Source: Eledone cirrhosa
Lineage: Eukaryota
Reading direction: 5' to 3'
DNA length: 64,000 nucleotides
Assembly: GCA_964016885.1 (NCBI GenBank)
Contig: OZ024740.1
Coordinates: 33,914,001 to 33,978,000 of the forward strand
Part shown: positions 1 through 15,000 of the stretch, one piece after another
Layout: each line of letters begins with the position of its first letter
Position numbering within the stretch: the first letter of the stretch is position 1
Notes under the pieces: model-generated
Seen by the model: only the letters and a program-made list of their open reading frames with translations
Database searches by the model: none
Told to the model about the DNA's origin: nothing
Made by a program: the position numbers and the translations under genes

Positions 1-3000
1 ACCATCTTTACTGCTATTTTCCAACTCTCTCTTACCAATAACCATCTTTACTGCTATCTTCCAACTCTCTCTTACCATCAACCATCTTTACTGCTATCTT
101 CCAACTCTCTCTTACCATCAACCATCTTTACTGTTATCTTCTAACTCTCTCTTACCATCAACCATCTTTACTGCTATCTTCCAACTCTCTCTTACCATCA
201 ACCATCTTTACTGCTATCTTCTAACTCTCTCTTACCATCAACCATCTTTACTGCTATCTTCCAACTCTCTCTCTTACCATCAACCATCTTTACTGCTATC
301 TTCTAACTCTCTCTTACCATCAACCATCTTTACTGCTACCTTCCAACTCTCTCTTACCATCAACCATCTTTACTGCTATCTTCCAACTCTCTCTTACCAA
401 TAACCATCTTTACTGCTATCTTCCAACTCTCTCTTACCATCAACCATCTTTACTGCTATCTTCCAACTCTCTCTTACCATCAACCATCTTTACTGTTATC
501 TTCTAACTCTCTCTTACCATCAACCATCTTTACTGCTATCTTCTAACTCTCTCTTATCCTTCAAACATCTTTACTGCTATCTTCCAACTCTCTCTCTTAC
601 CATCAACCATCTTTACTGCTATCTTCCAACTGTCTCTTACCATCAACCATCTTTACTGCTACCTTCCAACTCTCTCTTACCATCAACCATCTTTACTGCT
701 ATCTTCCAACACTCTCTTACCATCAACCATCTTTACTGCTATCTTCCAACTCTCTCTTACCATCAACCATCTTTACTGCTATCTTCCAACTGTCTCTTAC
801 CATCAACCATCTTTACTGCTATCTTCCAACTCTCTCTTACCATCAACCATCTTTACTGCTATCTTCCAACTCTCTCTTACCATCAACCATCTTTACTGCT
901 ATCTTCCAACTGTCTCTAACCATCAACCATCTTTACTGCTATCTTCCAACTCTCTCTTATCATCAACCATCTTTACTGCTATCTTCCAACTCTCTCTTAC
1001 CATCAACCATCTTTACTGCTATCTTCCAACTCTCTCTTACCAATAACCATCTTTACTGCTACCTTCCAACTCTCTCTTACCATCAACCATCTTTACTGCT
1101 ATCTTCCAACTCTCTCTTACCGTCAACCATCTTTACTGCTATCTTCCAACTCTCTCTTACCAATAACCATCTTTACTGCTATCTTCTAACTCTCTCTTAC
1201 CATCAACCATCTTTACTGCTATCTTCCAACTCTCTCTTACCAATAACCATCTTTACTGCCATCTTCCAACTCTCTCTTACCATCAACCATCTTTTCTGCT
1301 ATCTTCCAACTCTCTCTCTTACCATCAACCCTCTTTACTGCTATCTTCCAACTCTCTCTTACCATCAACCATCTTTACTGCTATCTTCTAACTCTCTCTT
1401 ACCATCAACCATCTTTACTGCTACCTTCCAACTCTCTCTTACCATCAACCATCTTTACTGCTATCTTCCAACTCTCTCTTACCAATAACCATCTTTACTG
1501 CTATCTTCCAACTCTCTCTTACCATCAACCATCTTTACTGCTATTTTCCAACTCTCTCTTACCATCAACCATCTTTACTGCTATCTTCCAACTCTCTCTT
1601 ACCATCAACTATCTTTACTGCTATCTTCCAACTCTCTCTTACCATCAACCATCTTTACTGCTACCTTCCAAGTCTCTCTTACCATCAACCATCTTTACTG
1701 CTATCTTCCAACTCTCTCTTACCATCAACCATCTTTACTGCTATCTTCCAACTCTCTCTTACCATCAACTATCTTTACTGCTATCTTCCAACTCTCTCTT
1801 ACCATCAACCATCTTTACTGCTAACTTCCAACTCTCTCTTACCAATAACCATCTTTACTGCTATCTTCCAACTCTCTCTTACCATCAACCATCTTTACTG
1901 CTATCTTCCAACTCTCTCTTACCATCAACCATCTTTACTGCTATCTTCCGACTCTCTCTTACCATCAACCATCTTTACTGCTATCTTCCAACTCTCTCTT
2001 ACCATCAACCATCTTTACTGCTATCTTCCAACTCTCTCTTACCATCAACCATCTTTACTGCTATCTTCCAACTCTCTCTTACCATCAATCATCTTTACTG
2101 CTATCTTCCAACTCTCTCTTACCGTCAACCATCTTTACTGCTACCTTCCAACTCTCACTTACCATCAACCATCTTTACTGCTATCTTCCAACTCTCTCTT
2201 ACCATCAACCATCTTTACTGCTATCTTCCAACTCTCTCTTACCATCAACCATCTTTACTGCTATCTTCCAACTCTCTCTTACCATCAACCATCTTTACTG
2301 CTATCTTCCAACTCTCTCTTACCATCAATCATCTTTACTGCTATCTTCCAACTCTCTCTTACCGTCAACCATCTTTACTGCTACCTTCCAACTCTCACTT
2401 ACCATCAACCATCTTTACTGCTATCTTCCAACTCTCTCTTACCATCAACCATCTTTACTGCTATCTTCCAACTCTCTCTTACCATCAACCATCTTTACTG
2501 CTATCTTCCAACTCTCTCTTACCATCAACCATCTTTACTGCTATCTTCCAACTCTCTCTTACCATCAACCATCTTTACTGCTATCTTCCAACTCTCTCTT
2601 ACCAATAACCCTCTTTACTGCTATCTTCTAACTCTCTCTTACCATCAACCATCTTTACTGCTATCTTCAAACTCTCTCTTACCATCTTTACTGCTATCTT
2701 CTAACTCTCTCTTACCATCAACCATCTTTACTGCTATCTTCCAACTCTCTCTTACCATCTTTACTGCTATCTTCTAACTCTCTCTTACCATCAACCATCT
2801 TTACTGCTATCTTCCAACTCTCTCTTACCATCTTTACTGCTATCTTCTAACTCTCTCTTACCATCAACCATCTTTTCTGCTATCTTCCAACTCTCTCTCT
2901 TACCATCAACCATCTTTACTGCTATCTTCCAACTCTCTCTTACCATCAACCATCTTTACTGCTATCTTCTAACTCTCTCTTACCATCAACCATCTTTACT

Positions 3001-6000
3001 GCTATCTTCCAACTCTCTCTCTTACCATCAACCATCTTTACTGCTATCTTCCAACTCTCTCTCTTACCATCAACCATCTTTACTGCTATCTTCTAACTCT
3101 CTCTTACCATCAACCATCTTTTCTGCTATCTTCCAACTCTCTCTCTTACCATCAACCATCTTTACTGCTATCTTCTAACTCTCTCTTACCATCAACCATC
3201 TTTACTGCTATCTTCCAACTCTCTCTCTTACCATCAACCATCTTTACTGCTATCTTCTAACTCTCTCTTACCATCAACCATCTTTTCTGCTATCTTCCAA
3301 CTCTCTCTCTTACCATCAACCATCTTTACTGCTATCTTCCAACTCTCTCTTACCATCTTTACTGCTATCTTCTAACTCTCTCTTACCATCAACCATCTTT
3401 TCTGCTATCTTCCAACTCTCTCTCTTACCATCAACCATCTTTACTGCTACCTTCCAACTCTCTCTTACCATCAACCATCTTTACTGATATCTTCCAACTC
3501 TCTCTTACCAATAACCATCTTTACTGCTATCTTCCAACTCTCTCTCTTACCATCAACCATCTTTACTGCTATCTTCCAACTGTCTCTTACCATCAACCAT
3601 CTTTACTGCTACCTTCCAACTCTCTCTTACCATCAACCATCTTTACTGCTATCTTCTAACTCTCTCTTACCATCAACCATCTTTACTGCTATCTTCCAAC
3701 TCTCTCTTACCATCAACCATCTTTACTGCTATCTTCCAACTGTCTCTTACCATCAACCATCTTTACTGCTATCTTCCAACTGTCTCTTACCATCAACCAT
3801 CTTTACTGCTATCTTCCAACTCTCTCTTACCATCAACCATCTTTACTGCTATCTTCCAACTGTCTCTAACCATCAACCATCTTTACTGCTATCTTCCAAC
3901 TCTCTCTTACCATCAACCATCTTTACTGCTATCTTCCAACGCTCTCTTACCATCAACCATCTTTACTGCTATCTTCCAACTCTCTCTTACCAATAACCAT
4001 CTTTACTGCTATCTTCTAACTCTCTCTTACCATCAACCATCTTTACTGCTATCTTCCAACTCTCTCTTACCAATAACCATCTTTACTGCCATCTTCCAAC
4101 TCTCTCTTACCATCAACCATCTTTTCTGCTATCTTCCAACTCTCTCTCTTACCATCAAACCTCTTTACTGCTATCTTCCAACTCTCTCTTACCATCAACC
4201 ATCTTTACTGCTATCTTCTAACTCTCTCTTACCATCAACCATCTTTACTGCTATCTTCCAACTCTCTCTCTTACCATCAACCATCTTTACTGCTATCTTC
4301 TAACTCTCTCTTACCATCAACCATCTTTACTGCTACCTTCCAACTCTCTCTTACCATCAACCATCTTTACTGCTACCTTCCAACTCTCTCTTACCATCAA
4401 CCATCTTTAATGCTATCTTCTAACTCTCTCTTACCATCAACCATCTTTACTGCTATCTTCCAACTCTCTCTTACCAATAACCATCTTTACTGCTATCTTC
4501 CAACTGTCTCTTACCATCAACCATCTTTACTGCTATCTTCTAACTCTCTCTTACCAATAACCATCTTTACTGCTATCTTCCAACTCTCTCTTACCATCAA
4601 CCATCTTTACTGCTATCTTCCAACTCTCTCTTACCAATAACCATCTTTACTGCTATCTTCCAACTCTCTCTTACCATCAACCATCTTTACTGCTATCTTC
4701 CAACTCTCTCTTACCATCAACCATCTTTACTGCTATCTTCCAACTCTCTCTTACCATCAACTATCTTTACTGCTATCTTCCAACTCTCTCTTACCATCAA
4801 CCATCTTTACTGCTACCTTCCAACTCTCTCTTACCATCAACCATCTTTACTGCTATCTTCCAACTCTCTCTTACCATCAACCATCTTTACTGCTATCTTC
4901 CAACTCTCTCTTACCATCAACCATCTTTACTGCTATCTTCCAACTCTCTCTTACCATCAACCATCTTTACTGCTAACTTCCAACTCTCTCTTACCAATAA
5001 CCATCTTTACTGCTATCTTCTAACTCTCTCTTACCATCAACCATCTTTACTGCTATCTTCCAACTCTCTCTTACCATCAACCATCTTTACTGCTATCTTC
5101 TAACTCTCTCTTACCATCAACCATCTTTACTGCTACCTTCCAACTCTCTCTTACCATCAACCATCTTTACTGCTATCTTCCAACTCTCTCTTACCATCAA
5201 CCATCTTTACTGCTATCTTCCAACTCTCTCTTACCATCAACCATCTTTACTGCTATCTTCCGACTCTCTCTTACCATCAACCATCTTTACTGCTATCTTC
5301 CAACTCTCTCTTACCATCAACCATCTTTACTGCTATCTTCCAACTCTCTCTTACCATCAACCATCTTTACTGCTATCTTCCAACTCTCTCTTACCATCAA
5401 CCATCTTTACTGTTATCTTCTAACTCTCTCTTACCATCAACCATCTTTACTGCTATCTTCTAACTCTCTCTTATCCTTCAAACATCTTTACTGCTATCTT
5501 CCAACTCTCTCTTACCAATAACCGTCTTTACTGCTATCTTCTAACTCTCCCTTACCATCAACCATCTTTACTGCTATCTTCCAACTCTCTCTTACCAATA
5601 ACCATCTTTACTGCCATCTTCCAACTCTCTCTTACCATCAACCATCTTTACTGCTATCTTCCAACTCTCTCTTACCATCAACTATCTTTACTGCTATCTT
5701 CCAACTCTCTCTTACCATCAACCATCTTTACTGCTAACTTCCAACTCTCTCTTACCAATAACCATCTTTACTGCTATCTTCTAACTCTCTCTTACCATCA
5801 ACCATCTTTACTGCTATCTTCCAACTCTCTCTTACCATCAACCATCTTTACTGTTATCTTCTAACTCTCTCTTACCATCAACCATCTTTACTGCTATCTT
5901 CCAACTCTCTCTTACCATCAACCATCTTTACTGCTATCTTCTAACTCTCTCTTACCATCAACCATCTTTACTGCTATCTTCCAACTCTCTCTCTTACCAT

Positions 6001-9000
6001 CAACCATCTTTACTGCTATCTTCTAACTCTCTCTTACCATCAACCATCTTTACTGCTACCTTCCAACTCTCTCTTACCATCAACCATCTTTACTGCTATC
6101 TTCCAACTCTCTCTTACCAATAACCATCTTTACTGCTATCTTCCAACTCTCTCTTACCATCAACCATCTTTACTGCTATCTTCCAACTCTCTCTTACCAT
6201 CAACCATCTTTACTGTTATCTTCTAACTCTCTCTTACCATCAACCATCTTTACTGCTATCTTCTAACTCTCTCTTATCCTTCAAACATCTTTACTGCTAT
6301 CTTCCAACTCTCTCTCTTACCATCAACCATCTTTACTGCTATCTTCCAACTGTCTCTTACCATCAACCATCTTTACTGCTACCTTCCAACTCTCTCTTAC
6401 CATCAACCATCTTTACTGCTATCTTCCAACACTCTCTTACCATCAACCATCTTTACTGCTATCTTCCAACTCTCTCTTACCATCAACCATCTTTACTGCT
6501 ATCTTCCAACTGTCTCTTACCATCAACCATCTTTACTGCTATCTTCCAACTCTCTCTTACCATCAACCATCTTTACTGCTATCTTCCAACTCTCTCTTAC
6601 CATCAACCATCTTTACTGCTATCTTCCAACTGTCTCTAACCATCAACCATCTTTACTGCTATCTTCCAACTCTCTCTTATCATCAACCATCTTTACTGCT
6701 ATCTTCCAACTCTCTCTTACCATCAACGATCTTTACTGCTATCTTCCAACTCTCTCTTACCAATAACCATCTTTACTGCTACCTTCCAACTCTCTCTTAC
6801 CATCAACCATCTTTACTGCTATCTTCCAACTCTCTCTTACCATCAACCATCTTTACTGCTATCTTCCAACTCTCTCTTACCATCAACCATCTTTACTGCT
6901 ATCTTCCAACTCTCTCTTACCAATAACCATCTTTACTGCTATCTTCTAACTCTCTCTTACCATCAACCATCTTTACTGCTATCTTCCAACTCTCTCTTAC
7001 CATCAACCATCTTTACTGCTACCTCCAACTCTCTCTTACCATCAACCATCTTTACTGCTATCTTCCAACTCTCTCTTACCATCAACCATCTTTACTGCTA
7101 CCTTCCAACTCTCTCTTACCATCAACCATCTTTACTGCTATCTTCCAACTCTCTCTTACCATCAACCATCTTTACTGCTATCTTCCAACTCTCTCTTACC
7201 AATAACCATCTTTACTGCTATCTTCTAACTCTCTCTTACCATCAACCATCTTTACTGCTATCTTCCAACTCTCTCTTACCAATAACCATCTTTACTGCCA
7301 TCTTCCAACTCTCTCTTACCATCAACCATCTTTACTGCTATCTTCCAACTCTCTCTTACCGTCAACCATCTTTACTGCTATCTTCCAACTCTCTCTTACC
7401 AATAACCATCTTTACTGCTATCTTCTAACTCTCTCTTACCATCAACCATCTTTACTGCTATCTTCCAACTCTCTCTTACCAATAACCATCTTTACCGCCA
7501 TCTTCCAACTCTCTCTTACCATCAACCATCTTTTCTGCTATCTTCCAACTCTCGCTCTTACCATCAACCATCTTTACTGCTATCTTCCAACTCTCTCTTA
7601 CCATCAACCATCTTTACTGCTATCTTCCAACTCTCTCTCTTACCATCAACCATCTTTACTGCTATCTTCCAACTCTCTCTTACCATCAACCATCTTTACT
7701 GCTATCTTCCAACTCTCTCTTACCGTCAACCATCTTTACTGCCATCTTCCAACTCTCTCTTACCAATAACCATCTTTACTGCTATCCTCTAACTCTCTCT
7801 TACCATCAACCATCTTTACTGCTATCTTCCAACTCTCTCTTACCATCAACCATCTTTACTGCTATCTTCCAACTCTCTCTCTTACCATCAACCATCTTTA
7901 CTGCTATCTTCCAACTCTCTCTTACCGTCAACCATCTTTACTGCTATCTTCCAACTCTCTCTTACCATCAACCATCTTTACTGCTATCTTCCAACTCTCT
8001 CTTACCATCAAACATCTTTACTGCTATCTTCTAACTCTCTCTTACCAATAACCATCTTTACTGCTATCTTCTAACTCTCTCTTACCAATAACCATCTTTA
8101 CTGCTATCTTCCAACTCTCTCTTACCATCAACCATCTTTACTGCTATATTCCAACTCTCTCTTACCATCAACCATCTTTACTGCTATCTTCCAACTCTCT
8201 CTTACCATCAACCATCTTTACTGCTAACTTCCAACTCTCTCTTACCATCAACCATCTTTACTGCTACCTTCCAACTCTCTCTTACCATCAAACATCTTTA
8301 CTGCTATCTTCTAACTCTCTCTTACCAATAACCATCTTTATTGCTATCTTCTAACTCTCTCTTACCAATAACCATCTTTATTGCTATCTTCTAACTCTCT
8401 CTTACCAATAACCATCTTTACTGCTATCTTCCAACTCTCTCTTACCATCAACCATCTTTACTGCTATCTTCCAACTCTCTCTTACCATCAAACATCTTTA
8501 CTGCTATCTTCTAACTCTCTCTTACCATCAAACATCTTTACTGCTATCTTCCAACTCTCTCTTACCAATAACCATCTTTACTGCTATCTTCCAACTCTCT
8601 CTTACCATCAACCATCTTTACTGATATCTTCCAACTCTCTCTTACCATCAACCATCTTTACTGCTATCTTCCAACTCTCTCTTACCATCAAACATCTTTA
8701 CTGCTATCTTCCAACTCTCTCTTACCATCAACCATCTTTACTGCTATCTTCTAACTCTCTCTTACCAATAACCATCTTTACTGCCATCTTCCAACTCTCT
8801 CTTACCATCAACCATCTTTTCTGCTATCTTCCAACTCTCTCTTACCATCAACCATCTTTACTGCCATCTTCCAACTCTCTCTTACCATCAACCATCTTTT
8901 CTGCTATCTTCCAACTCTCTCTCTTACCATCAACCATCTTTACTGCTATCTTCCAACTCTCTCTTACCATCAACCATCTTTACTGCTATCTTCTAACTCT

Positions 9001-12000
9001 CTCTTACCATCAACCATCTTTACTGCTATCTTCCAACTCTCTCTCTTACCATCAACCATCTTTACTGCTATCTTCCAACTCTCTCTTACCGTCAACCATC
9101 TTTACTGCTATCTTCCAACTCTCTCTTACCAATAACCATCTTTACTGCTATCTTCTAACTCTCTCTTACCATCAACCATCTTTACTGCTATCTTCCAACT
9201 CTCTCTTACCAATAACCATCTTTACTGCCATCTTCCAACTCTCTCTTACCATCAACCATCTTTTCTGCTATCTTCCAACTCTCTCTCTTACCATCAACCA
9301 TCTTTACTGCTATCTTCCAACTCTCTCTTACCATCAACCATCTTTACTGCTATCTTCTAACTCTCTCTTACCATCAACCATCTTTACTGCTATTTTCCAA
9401 CTCTCTCTTACCATCAACCATCTTTACTGCTATTTTCCAACTCTCTCTTACCAATAACCATCTTTACTGCTATCTTCCAACTCTCTCTTACCATCAACCA
9501 TCTTTACTGCTATCTTCCAACTCTCTCTTACCATCAACCATCTTTACTGCTATCTTCCAACTCTCTCTTACCATCAACCATCTTTACTGCTAACTTCCAA
9601 CTCTCTCTTACCATCAACCATCTTTACTGCTACCTTCCAACTCTCTCTTACCATCAAACATCTTTACTGCTATCTTCTAACTCTCTCTTACCAATAACCA
9701 TCTTTATTGCTATCTTCTAACTCTCTCTTACCAATAACCATCTTTATTGCTATCTTCTAACTCTCTCTTACCAATAACCATCTTTACTGCTATCTTCCAA
9801 CTCTCTCTTACCATCAACCATCTTTACTGCTATCTTCCAACTCTCTCTTACCATCAAACATCTTTACTGCTATCTTCTAACTCTCTCTTACCATCAAACA
9901 TCTTTACTGCTATCTTCCAACTCTCTCTTACCAATAACCATCTTTACTGCTATCTTCCAACTCTCTCTTACCATCAACCATCTTTACTGATATCTTCCAA
10001 CTCTCTCTTACCATCAACCATCTTTACTGCTATCTTCCAACTCTCTCTTACCATCAAACATCTTTACTGCTATCTTCCAACTCTCTCTTACCATCAACCA
10101 TCTTTACTGCTATCTTCTAACTCTCTCTTACCAATAACCATCTTTACTGCCATCTTCCAACTCTCTCTTACCATCAACCATCTTTTCTGCTATCTTCCAA
10201 CTCTCTCTTACCATCAACCATCTTTACTGCCATCTTCCAACTCTCTCTTACCATCAACCATCTTTTCTGCTATCTTCCAACTCTCTCTCTTACCATCAAC
10301 CATCTTTACTGCTATCTTCCAACTCTCTCTTACCATCAACCATCTTTACTGCTATCTTCTAACTCTCTCTTACCATCAACCATCTTTACTGCTATCTTCC
10401 AACTCTCTCTCTTACCATCAACCATCTTTACTGCTATCTTCCAACTCTCTCTTACCATCAACCATCTTTTCTGCTATCTTCCAACTCTCTCTCTTACCAT
10501 CAACCATCTTTACTGCTATCTTCCAACTCTCTCTTACCATCAACCATCTTTACTGCTATCTTCTAACTCTCTCTTACCATCAACCATCTTTACTGCTATC
10601 TTCCAACTCTCTCTCTTACCATCAACCATCTTTACTGCTATCTTCTAACTCTCTCTTACCATCAACCATCTTTACTGCTACCTTCCAACTCTCTCTTACC
10701 ATCAACCATCTTTTCTGCTATCTTCTAACTCTCTCTTACCATCAACCATCTTTACTGCTATTTTCCAACTCTCTCTTACCATCAACCATCTTTACTGCTA
10801 TTTTCCAACTCTCTCTTACCAATAACCATCTTTACTGCTATCTTCCAACTCTCTCTTACCATCAACCATCTTTACTGCTATCTTCCAACTCTCTCTTACC
10901 ATCAACCATCTTTACTGCTATCTTCCAACTCTCTCTTACCATCAAACATCTTTACTGCTATCTTCTAACTCTCTCTTACCAATAACCATCTTTACTGCTA
11001 TCTTCTAACTCTCTCTTACCAATAACCATCTTTACTGCTATCTTCCAACTCTCTCTTACCATCAACCATCTTTACTGCTATATTCCAACTCTCTCTTACC
11101 ATCAACCATCTTTACTGCTATCTTCCAACTCTCTCTTACCATCAACCATCTTTACTGCTATCTTCCAACTCTCTCTTACCATCAACCATCTTTACTGCTA
11201 ACTTCCAACTCTCTCTTACCATCAACCATCTTTACTGCTACCTTCCAACTCTCTCTTACCATCAAACATCTTTACTGCTATCTTCTAACTCTCTCTTACC
11301 AATAACCATCTTTATTGCTATCTTCTAACTCTCTCTTACCAATAACCATCTTTATTGCTATCTTCTAACTCTCTCTTACCAATAACCATCTTTACTGCTA
11401 TCTTCCAACTCTCTCTTACCATCAACCATCTTTACTGCTATCTTCCAACTCTCTCTTACCATCAAACATCTTTACTGCTATCTTCTAACTCTCTCTTACC
11501 ATCAAACATCTTTACTGCTATCTTCCAACTCTCTCTTACCAATAACCATCTTTACTGCTATCTTCCAACTCTCTCTTACCATCAACCATCTTTACTGATA
11601 TCTTCCAACTCTCTCTTACCATCAACCATCTTTACTGCTATCTTCCAACTCTCTCTTACCATCAAACATCTTTACTGCTATCTTCCAACTCTCTCTTACC
11701 ATCAACCATCTTTACTGCTATCTTCTAACTCTCTCTTACCAATAACCATCTTTACTGCCATCTTCCAACTCTCTCTTACCATCAACCATCTTTTCTGCTA
11801 TCTTCCAACTCTCTCTTACCATCAACCATCTTTACTGCCATCTTCCAACTCTCTCTTACCATCAACCATCTTTTCTGCTATCTTCCAACTCTCTCTCTTA
11901 CCATCAACCATCTTTACTGCTATCTTCCAACTCTCTCTTACCATCAACCATCTTTACTGCTATCTTCTAACTCTCTCTTACCATCAACCATCTTTACTGC

Positions 12001-15000
12001 TATCTTCCAACTCTCTCTCTTACCATCAACCATCTTTACTGCTATCTTCCAACTCTCTCTTACCATCAACCATCTTTTCTGCTATCTTCCAACTCTCTCT
12101 CTTACCATCAACCATCTTTACTGCTATCTTCCAACTCTCTCTTACCATCAACCATCTTTACTGCTATCTTCTAACTCTCTCTTACCATCAACCATCTTTA
12201 CTGCTATCTTCCAACTCTCTCTCTTACCATCAACCATCTTTACTGCTATCTTCTAACTCTCTCTTACCATCAACCATCTTTACTGCTACCTTCCAACTCT
12301 CTCTTACCATCAACCATCTTTACTGCTATCTTCCAACTCTCTCTCTTACCATCAACCATCTTTACTGCTACCTTCCAACTCTCTCTTACCATCAACCATC
12401 TTTTCTGCTATCTTCTAACTCTCTCTTACCATCAACCATCTTTACTGCTATTTTCCAACTCTCTCTTACCATCAACCATCTTTACTGCTATATTCCAACT
12501 CTCTCTTACCATCAACCATCTTTACTGCTATCTTCCAACTCTCTCTTACCATCAACCATCTTTACTGCTATCTTCCAACTCTCTCTTACCATCAACCATC
12601 TTTACTGCTAACTTCCAACTCTCTCTTACCATCAACCATCTTTACTGCTACCTTCCAACTCTCTCTTACCATCAAACATCTTTACTGCTATCTTCTAACT
12701 CTCTCTTACCAATAACCATCTTTATTGCTATCTTCTAACTCTCTCTTACCAATAACCATCTTTATTGCTATCTTCTAACTCTCTCTTACCAATAACCATC
12801 TTTACTGCTATCTTCCAACTCTCTCTTACCATCAACCATCTTTACTGCTATCTTCCAACTCTCTCTTACCATCAAACATCTTTACTGCTATCTTCTAACT
12901 CTCTCTTACCATCAAACATCTTTACTGCTATCTTCCAACTCTCTCTTACCAATAACCATCTTTACTGCTATCTTCCAACTCTCTCTTACCATCAACCATC
13001 TTTACTGATATCTTCCAACTCTCTCTTACCATCAACCATCTTTACTGCTATCTTCCAACTCTCTCTTACCATCAAACATCTTTACTGCTATCTTCCAACT
13101 CTCTCTTACCATCAACCATCTTTACTGCTATCTTCTAACTCTCTCTTACCAATAACCATCTTTACTGCCATCTTCCAACTCTCTCTTACCATCAACCATC
13201 TTTTCTGCTATCTTCCAACTCTCTCTTACCATCAACCATCTTTACTGCCATCTTCCAACTCTCTCTTACCATCAACCATCTTTTCTGCTATCTTCCAACT
13301 CTCTCTCTTACCATCAACCATCTTTACTGCTATCTTCCAACTCTCTCTTACCATCAACCATCTTTACTGCTATCTTCTAACTCTCTCTTACCATCAACCA
13401 TCTTTACTGCTATCTTCCAACTCTCTCTCTTACCATCAACCATCTTTACTGCTATCTTCCAACTCTCTCTTACCATCAACCATCTTTTCTGCTATCTTCC
13501 AACTCTCTCTCTTACCATCAACCATCTTTACTGCTATCTTCCAACTCTCTCTTACCATCAACCATCTTTACTGCTATCTTCTAACTCTCTCTTACCATCA
13601 ACCATCTTTACTGCTATCTTCCAACTCTCTCTCTTACCATCAACCATCTTTACTGCTATCTTCTAACTCTCTCTTACCATCAACCATCTTTACTGCTACC
13701 TTCCAACTCTCTCTTACCATCAACCATCTTTTCTGCTATCTTCTAACTCTCTCTTACCATCAACCATCTTTACTGCTATTTTCCAACTCTCTCTTACCAT
13801 CAACCATCTTTACTGCTATTTTCCAACTCTCTCTTACCAATAACCATCTTTACTGCTATCTTCCAACTCTCTCTTACCATCAACCATCTTTACTGCTATC
13901 TTCCAACTCTCTCTTACCATCAACCATCTTTACTGCTATCTTCCAACTCTCTCTTACCATCAAACATCTTTACTGCTATCTTCTAACTCTCTCTTACCAA
14001 TAACCATCTTTACTGCTATCTTCTAACTCTCTCTTACCAATAACCATCTTTACTGCTATCTTCCAACTCTCTCTTACCATCAACCATCTTTACTGCTATA
14101 TTCCAACTCTCTCTTACCATCAACCATCTTTACTGCTATCTTCCAACTCTCTCTTACCATCAACCATCTTTACTGCTAACTTCCAACTCTCTCTTACCAT
14201 CAACCATCTTTACTGCTACCTTCCAACTCTCTCTTACCATCAAACATCTTTACTGCTATCTTCTAACTCTCTCTTACCAATAACCATCTTTATTGCTATC
14301 TTCTAACTCTCTCTTACCAATAACCATCTTTATTGCTATCTTCTAACTCTCTCTTACCAATAACCATCTTTACTGCTATCTTCCAACTCTCTCTTACCAT
14401 CAACCATCTTTACTGCTATCTTCCAACTCTCTCTTACCATCAAACATCTTTACTGCTATCTTCTAACTCTCTCTTACCATCAAACATCTTTACTGCTATC
14501 TTCCAACTCTCTCTTACCAATAACCATCTTTACTGCTATCTTCCAACTCTCTCTTACCATCAACCATCTTTACTGATATCTTCCAACTCTCTCTTACCAT
14601 CAACCATCTTTACTGCTATCTTCCAACTCTCTCTTACCATCAAACATCTTTACTGCTATCTTCCAACTCTCTCTTACCATCAACCATCTTTACTGCTATC
14701 TTCTAACTCTCTCTTACCAATAACCATCTTTACTGCCATCTTCCAACTCTCTCTTACCATCAACCATCTTTTCTGCTATCTTCCAACTCTCTCTTACCAT
14801 CAACCATCTTTACTGCCATCTTCCAACTCTCTCTTACCATCAACCATCTTTTCTGCTATCTTCCAACTCTCTCTCTTACCATCAACCATCTTTACTGCTA
14901 TCTTCCAACTCTCTCTTACCATCAACCATCTTTACTGCTATCTTCTAACTCTCTCTTACCATCAACCATCTTTACTGCTATCTTCCAACTCTCTCTCTTA